The notes: generated from the letters alone by a model not told the origin. A stretch of 36,820 bases of DNA from Octopus bimaculoides (GCF_001194135.2 NC_068981.1:89398798-89435617); one strand, 5' to 3'. Positions 1-10,465 are shown, counted from the first letter of the stretch. Translations and numbers: made by a program.

Positions 1-344
1 GTAACCACTGATGTGTGCGTTTCTGGTCGACATCAGCTTGTTTGCTACGAGCCACATACTTACCATGCAGAGGTTTCTGTTCCCATCTGCTAGCTAATTT
101 TTCATGTGCTTTTGTCTTTGCAATTAATTTTCTTTTCTTTGCAGCAGCAGTTGGCGCATTTCCTTCAACCTGATCAAGCTGGTGGGTATCTAAGAGTTCG
201 GTAGCGAATGTTTTGCTCTCTTTCAGAATAGAGTGAAGTTTTTTCGATCTTTCATGTTTTTCAACAAATTTCAGCATCCAATCGTTGGTTGTTTCAAGGT
301 ATTTGGCCAGTCCAACTGTGGTGGTTTTGTACGTAAGTTCAAGC
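1..344 (-). mobile_element. R4/Dong-like non-LTR retrotransposon fragment (region C-terminal to RT), 5'-truncated, runs off the window start
   Basis: Hand translation of the minus strand gives an open frame ELTYKTTTVGLAKYLETTNDWMLKFVEKHERSKKLHSIL...LASRWEQKPLHGKYVARSKQADVDQKRTHQWL. The W..KPLHGKY....VD...T..WL motif is typical of R4-clade elements upstream of the CCHC/REL domain. The truncated 5' end abuts an (AAT)n tract. Confidence 0.75.
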
Positions 345-360
345 TTATTATTATTATTAA

Positions 361-421
<61 letters not shown>

Positions 422-442
422 ATCATCATTATTATTATTATT
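345..442. repeat. (ATT)n microsatellite, slightly interrupted
   Basis: Read directly from the sequence. Confidence 0.98.
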
Positions 443-537
443 CAGGTCACTGAATAATTGGAGTGGATATCCACTCCAGTTATGAAGAAAAGAGAAGATG
501 AAACTAATAAACTGTCCACAGTCTGTCTACCTTGTGT
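443..537 (-). mobile_element. 3' end of a SINE/LINE-type repeat ending ...CAGTGACCTG(AAT)n
   Basis: The minus strand ends ATTATTCAGTGACCTGAATAATAAT. The same GACCTGAATAATA terminus occurs at 1347-1359. Confidence 0.5.
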
Positions 538-770
538 TATTTCTTTACTACCCACAAGGGGCTACAGACAGAGGGGACAAACAAGTACAGACAAACGTAT
601 TAAGTCGATTATATCGACCCCAGTGCGTAACTGGTACTTATTTAATCGACCCCGAAAGGATGAAAGGCAAAGTGGACCTCGGCGGAATTTGAACTCAGAA
701 CGTAGCGGCAGACGAAATACCACTAAGCATTTCGCCCGGCGTGCTAACGTTTCTGCCAGCTCGCCGCCTT
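538..770 (-). mobile_element. tRNA-derived SINE, near full length
   Basis: The minus strand reads AAGGCGGCGAGCTGGCAGAAACGTTAGC...GAGTTCAAATTCC (B-box-like), then the core GGTCGATTAAATAAGTACCAG...GGGGTCGATATAATCGAC and a tail. Homologous copies lie at 12340-12562 and 18160-18340. Confidence 0.85.
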
Positions 771-1248
771 CTACCTTATGTGAAAGGCCTCTCCGAAAAG
801 ATACAAAAGATATGCAATCCATTTGACATCAGGACAGTATTCAAGAGTAATACAACACTTCGCAAATATCTCCTTCGAGTAAAACCACAATTAGAAGAGA
901 AAAAGACTAACGACTGCGTGTACTCCATCCCATGCAGTAGTGGTAGGTTATATAAAGGCGAAACATGTCGCCCCCTCAAAATAGGTGTAAACGAAAATCA
1001 CAAAGCTGTGCCACGGGGAGATATTGATAAATCGGGTATAGCTGATCATGTATGGAAAAATGGAGACCACCTCCCCCTTTGGGATGAAGTTAAAATAATA
1101 GACAGAGAACATCACTAGAAAAATACGGAAATTAAAAGAAGCAGCACATATGCTAGGACACAACAATCTCATAAGCTGGCCGAGTGCAGATATGAGTACC
1201 ATATGGGAACCGGTATTAAGGAAGGATAGGAAAATATTAGATTTCTAA
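771..1248 (+). mobile_element. Penelope-like element 3' fragment, GIY-YIG endonuclease (decayed)
   Basis: LPYVKGLSEKIQKI...DCVYSIPCSSGRLYKGETCRPLK...KSGIADHVW...WDEVKIIDREHH*KIRKLKEAAHM matches the PLE GIY-YIG layout (VY-x-I-x-C...Y-x-GET...H...E). It has an in-frame stop near 1118. Confidence 0.9.
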
Positions 1249-1284
1249 CCGCTAAAATTCACTACATAAATCTCCACGGGTAAA

Positions 1285-1360
1285 TGGCGTAGTTGTTAAG
1301 AATGCGGGCTACTAACCACAAGATTTCGAGTTCGATTCCAGGCAGAGACCTGAATAATAT
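1285..1360 (+). mobile_element. Short tRNA-derived SINE (head plus GACCTG(AAT)n tail)
   Basis: A-box-like TGGCGTAGTTGTT at 1285, anticodon-loop-like CTACTAA, B box GTTCGATTCC at 1330-1339. There is no acceptor stem. Confidence 0.7.
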
Positions 1361-1734
1361 TAATAATAATGATAATTGTTATTATTCAGGTCTCTGCCTG
1401 TACATACATACTGTACATGTATTCTCACACACACACACATATATATATATATATACACATATATATATATTTTATATATAGCTAATTCTAAAATCTCAGA
1501 AAGAGAGTTTAGCCATGTCTGTTGTCACTTCAGCGTGGCTGTTGCATACAGAACTATGTTATTACATTTTAACCTCAGGAAAACATCTTGTCCAGCTGGT
1601 TGACAACACACAATCTATGTCTGATATACTGCGAGTAAAGCAGGGAACCACTCCCCTCCAGCGTGTATTTATATACATAGATAATACACACACACACACA
1701 TATATATATATTTTTATATATATACACACACACA

Positions 1735-3560
1735 CTAGTAGAGGTACTCGGCGTTGCCCGGGAATGAAATTGTTCCTTATAAATTGGAAGGAAAAAGTAA
1801 AATATGTTGTGTAGAAATTTCTTATTCTAAAGTAATTTAATATTCAATTGGGAAATCAATTCTTAATTCATAGTACAAAATAGTAATAAGAAGAAGAAGA
1901 AGGAAACTACAAAATATATCACTTTTATGAAAGGAGATAAATTCTATCACATATGTGGAAGGAAATTACTAAAGAGCTGGGTAAGCAACATTCTTTGTTT
2001 TCTGGTTTGGAGCATAGACAAATAATTCTTGGAAACTACCAAACCTGGGGTAGCCAACATAAAGGTGACCATGAGAAAAGCAAAGCTCAATTAAGTGCAA
2101 GTCAGTAGATTTCAAAGTCTGAACTTGAGTTTTATTAATAAACATTGTGAAGCAAAGTCGCACTGGGAATTGTGTTCATTTGAACTCAAATGGTTTGTTT
2201 GTTGATTTGGTTGAAATACTTAGAACGATTAAAACCTCTTTCCCCGAGATACATCCAGTGATGAAGGTAGCTTTTGCTACATTAGGTGATAATGTCTTCA
2301 CAATCAACCTTGCCCCATTGCATAATTTAGGAGGATCTAAATTTCTTAGAAGCATTATTAGGACTCCAACCTTCAGAAAAAATTTTTATGCGGAGGAGTT
2401 CCAAGTAGCTCAAGAGAATAAAGGAACCCTGTTGGGTAATCGACAACTTGATTTTCAAGAACTGAATCAATTGATTTATACTCCTTAATGACTATTGGAA
2501 TCCTATTTATTAATTCATAGTTAATCCTTGCTATTGTCTCTTTTTTTTCGCAAGAATTGCCCTTTCACACAACCATTTATGTGAATTAAAATTATTACTT
2601 AAGTTTGGAAATACCCTGTTCTTCAGTTCAGGTGGGGAATTGACCATGATAGCAATATAAGCCAAATTGATATCACCATTCCCATCAAATGGTACTTTGG
2701 AGAAGCCAGGTTGAAAACTGTTCTGCACGTTGATCCCCACGTAATAAAGCTCGCGTGTTAGTATTGAATGTTATTATTTCTCTACTTTATTCCATAGGTG
2801 TGAAGACTTAATGCATGCTTTTCTTTCATCAGATCTTGTCCCTCGTGGAATGACTGCTAATGTCTGTCTGAAGTCCCCTGATAAAACTAATGTAACTCCT
2901 TCGATAGATTTATTGTTGCCTCTTATGCCCTTCTCTTATTATGTAGCTACCAAAGGTGATCATTTGGAAAGTAGAATTATAATTCCTAATGTTTTTCAAG
3001 AAGTGCATGATCCTTGGAGTGTTTCCCAAAAGGAATGTCTTCAAAGTATTTGTGGGTATACGAAACATGGGTAAAACAACCGTTCCTCCACCACAACACA
3101 TAATGGTAGTTTCTCTTTCCCATTTCTTTCCTTTAAAAAAACTGCACTTTTTTGACATTCTCCAAAATCACTCAATTTCTCTGCAGAATAATCATCATTT
3201 TGATCATAGTTGAAAACTGATCTTTTCTAAGTCTCCTTAAAAGGTGCAACTCTTTTGTCAAATGTATTCAGCCTATCTTGATCAAGACGCTTACGTCGTT
3301 CCTCTCAGGATTGGTGAAGTCTTGCAACATCTCTTTGCTCCTGGTTTGTTTTTCTTTGTTTCATCTCTCTCTGATCTTTTGTCTCATTGGCAAATCTGGC
3401 AGTTTGTCTTTATCTTGCATCCGTCAAACTTTTTTCTCTTTCCTTTTCTGACCCTTGGCTCCTTCGGATTGCATTTTGTTGACGTCATTTTTCTGACGGT
3501 TTTTCCTTTGCTTCTTGTGAGAGCAACTCTCCTTCGGTCGTTTTCATCTCTTTGCTGTCA
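1735..3560 (-). mobile_element. Helitron, internally deleted and decayed RepHel with intact 3' terminus
   Basis: Minus strand: Rep N-terminus CCGGGTVVLP...HFLKNIRNYNSTFQMITFG; PIF1-like helicase motifs VLSGDFRQTLAVIPRG, RVFPNL...WLCERAILA and FINKTQVQTL...CFSHGHLYV...TKNVAYPAL*. The 3' end is hairpin CCCGGGCAACGCCGAG (1747-1762) followed by CTAG|T (1735-1738). The element may extend 5' to about 4340. Confidence 0.9.
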
Positions 3561-3604
3561 AAATCGGAAACTATGTTTTTAAACGCATAAGGAACATACC
3601 CGAA

Positions 3605-3649
3605 CACATACATACACACACACAAGCACACACACACACTAACACACAC

Positions 3650-3687
<38 letters not shown>

Positions 3688-3690
3688 ATA
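3605..3690. repeat. (CA)n microsatellite, imperfect
   Basis: Read directly from the sequence. Confidence 0.95.
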
Positions 3691-4096
3691 CAGTATCAAA
3701 CATTAGCGTCACTTTCTCTCCCGCTTTTCCCCTCTCCTTGTATCGCCTTTTCTTTCAACTTCACCTATAGAATATACATACAGTATCATACATTAGCGTC
3801 ACTTTCTCTCCCGCTTTTCCCCTCTCCTTGTATCGCCTTTTCATTCAACTTCACCTATAGAATATACATACAGTATTATACATTAGCGTCACTTTCTCTT
3901 CCTCTTTTTCCCTCTCTTTGTGCCGGCGTTTCTTTCAACTTCACCTATAGAATATACATACAGTATTATACATTAGCGTCACTTTCTCTTCCTCTTTTTC
4001 CCTCTCTTTGTGTCGGCTTTTCTTTCAACTTCACCTATAGAATATACATACAGTATCAAACATTAGCGTCTCATTCTCTCCCGCTTTTTCCCTCTC
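3691..4096. repeat. 90-bp minisatellite, about 4.5 copies
   Basis: Units start at 3691, 3781, 3871, 3961 and 4051 (CAGTATCAAACATTAGCGTC...CACCTATAGAATATACATA). Confidence 0.97.
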
Positions 4097-4319
4097 AGCA
4101 ATCCCATGTCAATCCTTCACCTTCTGCAACATTTCAACACTTCACTTCCCTGTTGCTGCCTACCATTGCAGCCCATTTCCCAAATGTACCACTTCACGTA
4201 CAATATTTCTTCCAAACGAACGCATTTATGTCGCTTAGTAGAACGAGACCATCATTTACTCTTCAAATGTTTTGTCGTCAATGCTGCACTTTCCCGTATC
4301 ACCTGTTTCAACATAACTG

Positions 4320-4321
<2 letters not shown>

Positions 4322-4365
<44 letters not shown>

Positions 4366-4409
4366 ACTATACGATTTCAATCCCGAGCAACGTCGGGTAT
4401 CACCGCTAG
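4322..4409 (+). mobile_element. (AT)n tract followed by a Helitron-type 3' terminus (possible mini non-autonomous Helitron)
   Basis: Hairpin CCCGA-GCAACG-TCGGG (4382-4397), an 8-nt spacer, then CTAG|T at 4406-4410. This is the same architecture as the terminus at 1735-1762. Confidence 0.65.
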
Positions 4410-5702
4410 TATAACATAACATATATATATATACATATATGGAACTACCTTTTTTATTCATTTACGTATTCTTCAATACACATCAATCTGTTTTTACAGC
4501 ATATCTAGCAATTTATTTCTCTGTTATGCATATATCACTATGTATGCCTATCGTGATCTTTCTTTAAAACGCTTCCACTCTCTATGATATCATTAACCTT
4601 TTATGTCCTTCCATTCACCTTTCCGACGCAAATATTGACTGCACTCTGAGCCTAACCTCTCATTCTCTATTTGTTTCTCATTCTGCAACACAACACCATA
4701 CACCATACGGACACGTTCATCATAGCACATCCAATAGCATTAATACAATTATACACTCTCACACGCTCTCAAGCTTTCTTCCTTTCCCTTGACTTTGAGA
4801 ATAATCAATGATTTCTTGGGAGATGTGAATAATTCATGTAGCAATATGACAGTAATTTTTCTCGCGTTAGTTTCTACATTCTAACAAAGAGTAGAAAAAA
4901 GGTGATATCATCGACTAATAGAAAAAGAAAAAGAAATATGCAAAAAATATATAATAATAATAATCACTATCAGCAGCTACAACATTTTTTATTATTTTCA
5001 TATATGCAAGAATGCATTAGAAATTACAGAAAGATATATATTATACAGATTAGTTATTATTGATTTGCAGGTGAATTATATTATAGGTTAAGAACACAAT
5101 GAGGTATTATTTCTACTGACAATCATAAGAATGTTATAATATAAGGATGGTTACATTCTGTTCTAACCTCATACTATTCTATTAGATCTTAATGTAAATG
5201 TAATTGATCTCGACCGTGATAATTGACGGCTATGTCAGCAAGTTTCATTTGCAGCAATGTAAAAGTGTTTGTTCTCTAGTGCTTCCGATTCGAGGCTTTC
5301 ACATATCGTTCTGCTTCTTGTTTCCATATGACCGTATGACAGTCTCTGTCCATCTCGTTTCTTCTGTTTCATTTCTCTTCTCTCTCCCATTCTCTCTAGT
5401 CTTTTCTTTTTCTCTTCATCCCCACCTTTTTCCACTACTTTCTGTGTTTCAAGTGCTTTGATGCAAAACGCATATAAACAATAAGCTCCTTGTTTATATG
5501 TATTTATATGCGTTTTGCTCCATTTATTATTATTATTCATATCTACTCAAAATACATCACTTTAACTTGGTATTTCTACCTATTAAACAGGTGTGATATC
5601 CCAGTTTTTGTGTGATTTTTGCTACCCATAGTAACTATTAATATATTTACATTATCAAAGTTTTTACAACCGAGATAATATTAATATATACATAAATTTA
5701 TA

Positions 5703-6278
5703 NNNNNNNNNNNNNNNNNNNNNNNNNNNNNNNNNNNNNNNNNNNNNNNNNNNNNNNNNNNNNNNNNNNNNNNNNNNNNNNNNNNNNNNNNNNNNNNNNN
5801 NNNNNNNNNNNNNNNNNNNNNNNNNNNNNNNNNNNNNNNNNNNNNNNNNNNNNNNNNNNNNNNNNNNNNNNNNNNNNNNNNNNNNNNNNNNNNNNNNNNN
5901 NNNNNNNNNNNNNNNNNNNNNNNNNNNNNNNNNNNNNNNNNNNNNNNNNNNNNNNNNNNNNNNNNNNNNNNNNNNNNNNNNNNNNNNNNNNNNNNNNNNN
6001 NNNNNNNNNNNNNNNNNNNNNNNNNNNNNNNNNNNNNNNNNNNNNNNNNNNNNNNNNNNNNNNNNNNNNNNNNNNNNNNNNNNNNNNNNNNNNNNNNNNN
6101 NNNNNNNNNNNNNNNNNNNNNNNNNNNNNNNNNNNNNNNNNNNNNNNNNNNNNNNNNNNNNNNNNNNNNNNNNNNNNNNNNNNNNNNNNNNNNNNNNNNN
6201 NNNNNNNNNNNNNNNNNNNNNNNNNNNNNNNNNNNNNNNNNNNNNNNNNNNNNNNNNNNNNNNNNNNNNNNNNNNNNN
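5703..6278. other. Assembly gap (N run)
   Basis: N run. Confidence 1.
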
Positions 6279-8339
6279 GGGGGGGGGGGATTAACTATAT
6301 ATCTATATATATAAAGTAAACAGAAAATGGAGAAATATTGATCAACAACAAGTGTCTTACATCAATTATTACTTTTTATTTCAATACAAATAGACTGTGT
6401 CCCATCTAACAGCTGTTTCTACTTCCAATGTTATATGGTATCGCTATTGAAAATTCTAAAAATGATATTCATCATATTCGGTAATACATCCGATCTGGAA
6501 AATGGAGCTTCATGAAAATGAAGAAAAATACAAACATAAAAGAAAAGAAAAGAAGAGCATCGAGAGGAAGATTGAAGGCTTGATATATTTCAATCATACC
6601 ATTTTGCTTATGTGTCGCTTCGGGACGTTGAGTAAATGACTAAACTTAAAATAGTAATTGGTGGGTTGATTTTTTTATGGGGGTCACAGGATGGATAAGT
6701 AATAAAAAAGTAAAAATTTTAAAAATTACAATAACGGGATACACCAATAAGTTTAGGCAAAGAGGAAGTGAAAGTGCCATAGTGTTTTTGATGTAATCAT
6801 AATAATTCTTAATAATTATGTACTAATTAATTATTAGTACTAATTAATAGTTTATCATAATAAAGTGCCCATCAATGAATTTCAATTATTTACCTACCGA
6901 TTTGTTGTGCAGTCCAGCTATCTACTGCCTGTAATGGGACTGACCAAAGTGCAGCGTTCAATATAATTGGTCAGTTAAATTTTAAAACAAAGGGCAAACT
7001 ATTAAGACCGTTATACGGGTTGGTATAAATAAATGAATGAATAAATAAAAGTATGGAAAAGTAGTATATATTGTAAGTGGCCCAAAACCGCTTAGGATAT
7101 TGGATATAAAAAAACAAACAAACAAGTAAACTAGTACAATGCGAAGGAATGAACAATGCCAGGAGTATCATTAAAACTTAGAGAGGTGTCTATCTGGACA
7201 ATTATGAAATAAGGCTGTTGTGGGGGAAAATGGACCAAAAGCTTTATAAAATAAGAGTGTGAAATTAGTAGACAAAGAAAGGAATTAATTGGTAGGAAAA
7301 GAAATAGGGAAAGTGATAAAGGTAAAAACTACGATTAAGGGGAGGTAACGAGTAAAGAAGTGACCTAAATTGGGAGAATTATAATACCAAGTCTAAATTT
7401 TGAACCAACATCCACAGTACCTAAGCAGTGAGCTAACTAGACAATCAAACAGTTATTGGCTTAACATTCCTAAATGCATTCAACCTAGTGGTCATATGAA
7501 TAAGTATAAATACAAGTACCTAAATTAATTAAATGATTACAATATAATTACTTGCTGAATATTATTAATGTTACAGATGCAGGCTAATACTACAGTGTGT
7601 TCAATCATACTTAATATATATTATATTATTATTACGAACATTATCGTTATATCAACCCATACTTGGGTGCATATATATGGGGGATTATAAAATTGCACTG
7701 CCATGCATGTATTAATACACCTAACAACAATAATAGTTCGTAGAAAAGTGGTAACTGCAATACAATTTAAGCGTTAGATAAATTTCGTTATAGGGGGTAG
7801 AGTGGGGTAGTTGAGAATGAGTAACTCTAATAGGGGTCTCCAATAAATGGAAGTCGTCCCATGCTGACTGAATTTTGCTCCAGAATGAAATTAGTTAAAC
7901 AAGCTAACAGATTTATAGAAAGGTAAAGTTAGTTGCAAATAAAGACAAAGTAACTCATTGCTAAGGTGGCAGGTCCAGGTTCCATTGGTGGTGGTGGGTA
8001 ACGGTAGGGGAATGAATACTTGTGCACTCTATATTCTAAATTAAGTTAATAGTTAATAGAACTGATACTATATGATTAAAAGCGGGTGAGAAGGTTAAAT
8101 TAAGGAGAAATAAATTGGTATAATATATAATTTAGTTATTATGTGTGGGAGGTGTAATTTTAAGCTCGGGTTTGTTAGTTTAGGGATATTAATGCTGGAT
8201 TACCTATAAGAGGCCTAGGTATGTAAGACTATTAAAGTAGCTTTAATTGGAAGGTAATATATGCTATCCATCATTTAGTATCGAATTCTACTATTCTTAT
8301 GGTGAAGAGCTCTGGGTGCTATTAGTGGGGATGATGCAA

Positions 8340-8965
8340 AAGGGTCCCTAATACTGTTTATATCTAGAGAAGGTAGACTTAGCTTTGTGCAGACAAGCTA
8401 TTTTTCTCTTCTCTCTCAAGTTAAGTAATGGGTGTCGGCCCTCTAGTATAAAAAGTTTCTCATTCATGTACAAATAACATTTCTTATTTTTTACATTGTA
8501 CGAAGGTGCGGAGGCGAGGAATTTCTATTCTAAAGCAAATCTAACATTTTTATCTTTAAGCTCCCAAATACATTTACTTAATACGGTCGAGTTAATCTTA
8601 ATTCTATTTCTGAAAGTCTGTTGGTGCGCTGCTAATCTTCGTTTCATTTTATTTTGGGTCGCTCTTATATATATCTTTTTACTAAACTGTGTTGTGATCC
8701 TGCACTGTTAAATTGCATCTTTTTGTTTACAAGTATCTCCAAGGGTGCACTTGTCTTTGTTTCTACAGTCATATAGGCTGTGCTGTGGAGGGGAATTACT
8801 TACTAGTTGGTTGGTAGTAAGTGTATTATAATTGATAGGATTATTATGATTGTTAGTATTATCACTACTAGGTTTGGGGTGGTTATGAGGGTTGTTATTT
8901 TTATTCTTGCTATTGTTGCTATTGTTATTATTGTTACTTTTATTAATTAGTACTACAAGCATAAT
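8340..8965 (-). mobile_element. Penelope-like element 3' fragment: Asn-rich linker plus GIY-YIG endonuclease (decayed)
   Basis: NNNNSNNSKNKNNN...YDCRNKDKCTLGDTCKQKDAI*QCRITTQFSKKIYI, then with frameshifts ...KCYLYMNEKLFILEGRHPLLNLREKRKIACLHKAKSTFSRYKQY*. This matches the Penelope/Poseidon-type pattern C-x-C-x4-C-x-L-x-G-x-C...C-x-LC-x-NEK...LLN. Confidence 0.85.
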
Positions 8966-9009
8966 TATTAAGAACTATGATGATTACTTCATATACATGT
9001 ATAATATAT

Positions 9010-9068
9010 ATATACATATACATATACATACACACACACAAACACGCACACACACACACATACACACA

Positions 9069-9110
<42 letters not shown>
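9010..9110. repeat. (TA)/(CA)n compound microsatellite
   Basis: Read directly from the sequence. Confidence 0.95.
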
Positions 9111-9324
9111 TACATGGAGAGAGTGAACTAGTGTGTGGCACGAACATTTGATCACTATAAATAAATCATTTGAGCTGGTCGTTTAGCAAAAGCTGAACAC
9201 TCATAAGTAATTTTCGACGGGAGATTCCATCATTAGCGTCGTATCTATACCTACAAATATGCACGTGCACAGGCATATGCATTTGCATTAAATTCGTAAT
9301 TTTAGTACTTCTAATTTACTCATC

Positions 9325-9880
9325 TTATTCTTTATCTTTAATCCCTAGATGGCGACCGGGGGTGGGGGAGGAGGATGTTATTTCACGCTTTCCGATCCAT
9401 GTAGCTTTAGCATGCTTGAACTTGAAGCTCTTCGACTTCAGGTTTCCTCGTTTTGTTTCGCCCATGTCTTCATTGGTGTGTTGCCCTGGATTCTCCAGGG
9501 CGTTGGTCGCTGCCTCCACAAAAGTTGGTGTGGTAGTCTTCACCGCTCATCCTGCAGACGTAGCCAAACCACTGTAGCCTGCGATGTCAGACTTGGTCTT
9601 CAAGTGTCGGCTGCTGCTGTCATTATTCTAGGATGTTTTGGAGATTCGGTTGCCTAGAGAGACAACTAAGTCTCATGAAGGCACCGCATTTCGAACACTT
9701 TGAGCTTGTTGAGGTCTTGATTGAAGGTAGTCGAGTTCTCAACGATGTAGAGGACAGATAGAACCAGCGTGCGGAAAAGATGGATCTTCGTCTTTAGGGA
9801 AATGTTGGGCTCCTTCCAAATATACCATCGAGGGGATGCGAACGTAGAAGTCACATCCGATTTGCGATATTTGAACTCTC
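9325..9880 (-). mobile_element. RTE-clade LINE 3' fragment (decayed)
   Basis: YIWKEPNISLKTKIHLFRTLVLSVLY...LNKLKVFEMRCL and, in a shifted frame, QPTLEDQV*HRRLQWFGYVCRM. These are characteristic of the RTE RT C-terminus. Confidence 0.85.
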
Positions 9881-10139
9881 AGTTCTCCTCAGGCTGAATG
9901 CCATTAAAATGCACAATAGATCATCTTATTATGTATTGCTAAGCAAAGAAAATAGGTCCCATTAGCTACGTGTTGAGCCATGCAAGTATTTCTCAGTAAC
10001 GAAATAATTAGAATTTTACCTGTATTAATGAAAATTCAAATTATTATGCAGATTATGAAGATAAACTCGATTATTTAGAGTTGTTCAGAGTGGTAAATAA
10101 CTTAATTTTTGTTTTCATTACTTATGGGAAACAAATTAT

Positions 10140-10465
10140 TGTAAATACTTATATGTATTATATCCTATATTCAAACCACCCTTTATTCTATATCCAGTGT
10201 AAGTTAAAATCTATTCTTTGACAATGTAAGCTGTGTAAGTACAGATTGTATATCTGATGTGAAATACCTTTCATGTCTCCCTAACACATCCTTCAACAAC
10301 TGTTGGCTTGTAACACCCGTAACTCAGGTGCTAGGCAGAAGTAACTATTAGACTAAGTACCAACAGACTTACAAAAAATAAATACTGGGGTATTTTGTCA
10401 ACTAAAACCTTCCAGCAATTGCCCGAATATTGCCTCAGTCGAATAACTGAAACAAGTAAAAGTCT
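10140..10465 (+). mobile_element. Decayed SINE-related repeat with a long 5' extension
   Basis: 10300-10465 aligns by eye to the SINE core and tail (CCCGTAACT...TAAGTACC...ACTGAAACAAGTAAAAG). 10140-10335 aligns to the reverse complement of 16943-17125. Confidence 0.6.

Noticed and set aside
1285-1345. Functional tRNA gene
   Set aside because: A and B boxes are present, but there is no acceptor stem and the anticodon stem is mismatched. It fits a SINE head.
3691-4096. CRISPR-like array
   Set aside because: The units are contiguous 90-bp repeats with no unique spacers, in eukaryotic DNA with no cas genes.
6301-6330. Helitron-like 5' end A|TCTATATATATAAAG
   Set aside because: The motif is low complexity, sits beside a gap, and has no matching hairpin-CTAG downstream that I could find.
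6600-8340. Mitochondrial insertion (NUMT)
   Set aside because: The composition is suggestive, but I could not recognise any mitochondrial protein, tRNA or rRNA motif, and the adjacent coding remnant is clearly a PLE.
10268-10330. 63-nt candidate exon on the minus strand (AG...GT)
   Set aside because: There are stops in all three frames, and the sequence is part of a dispersed repeat.
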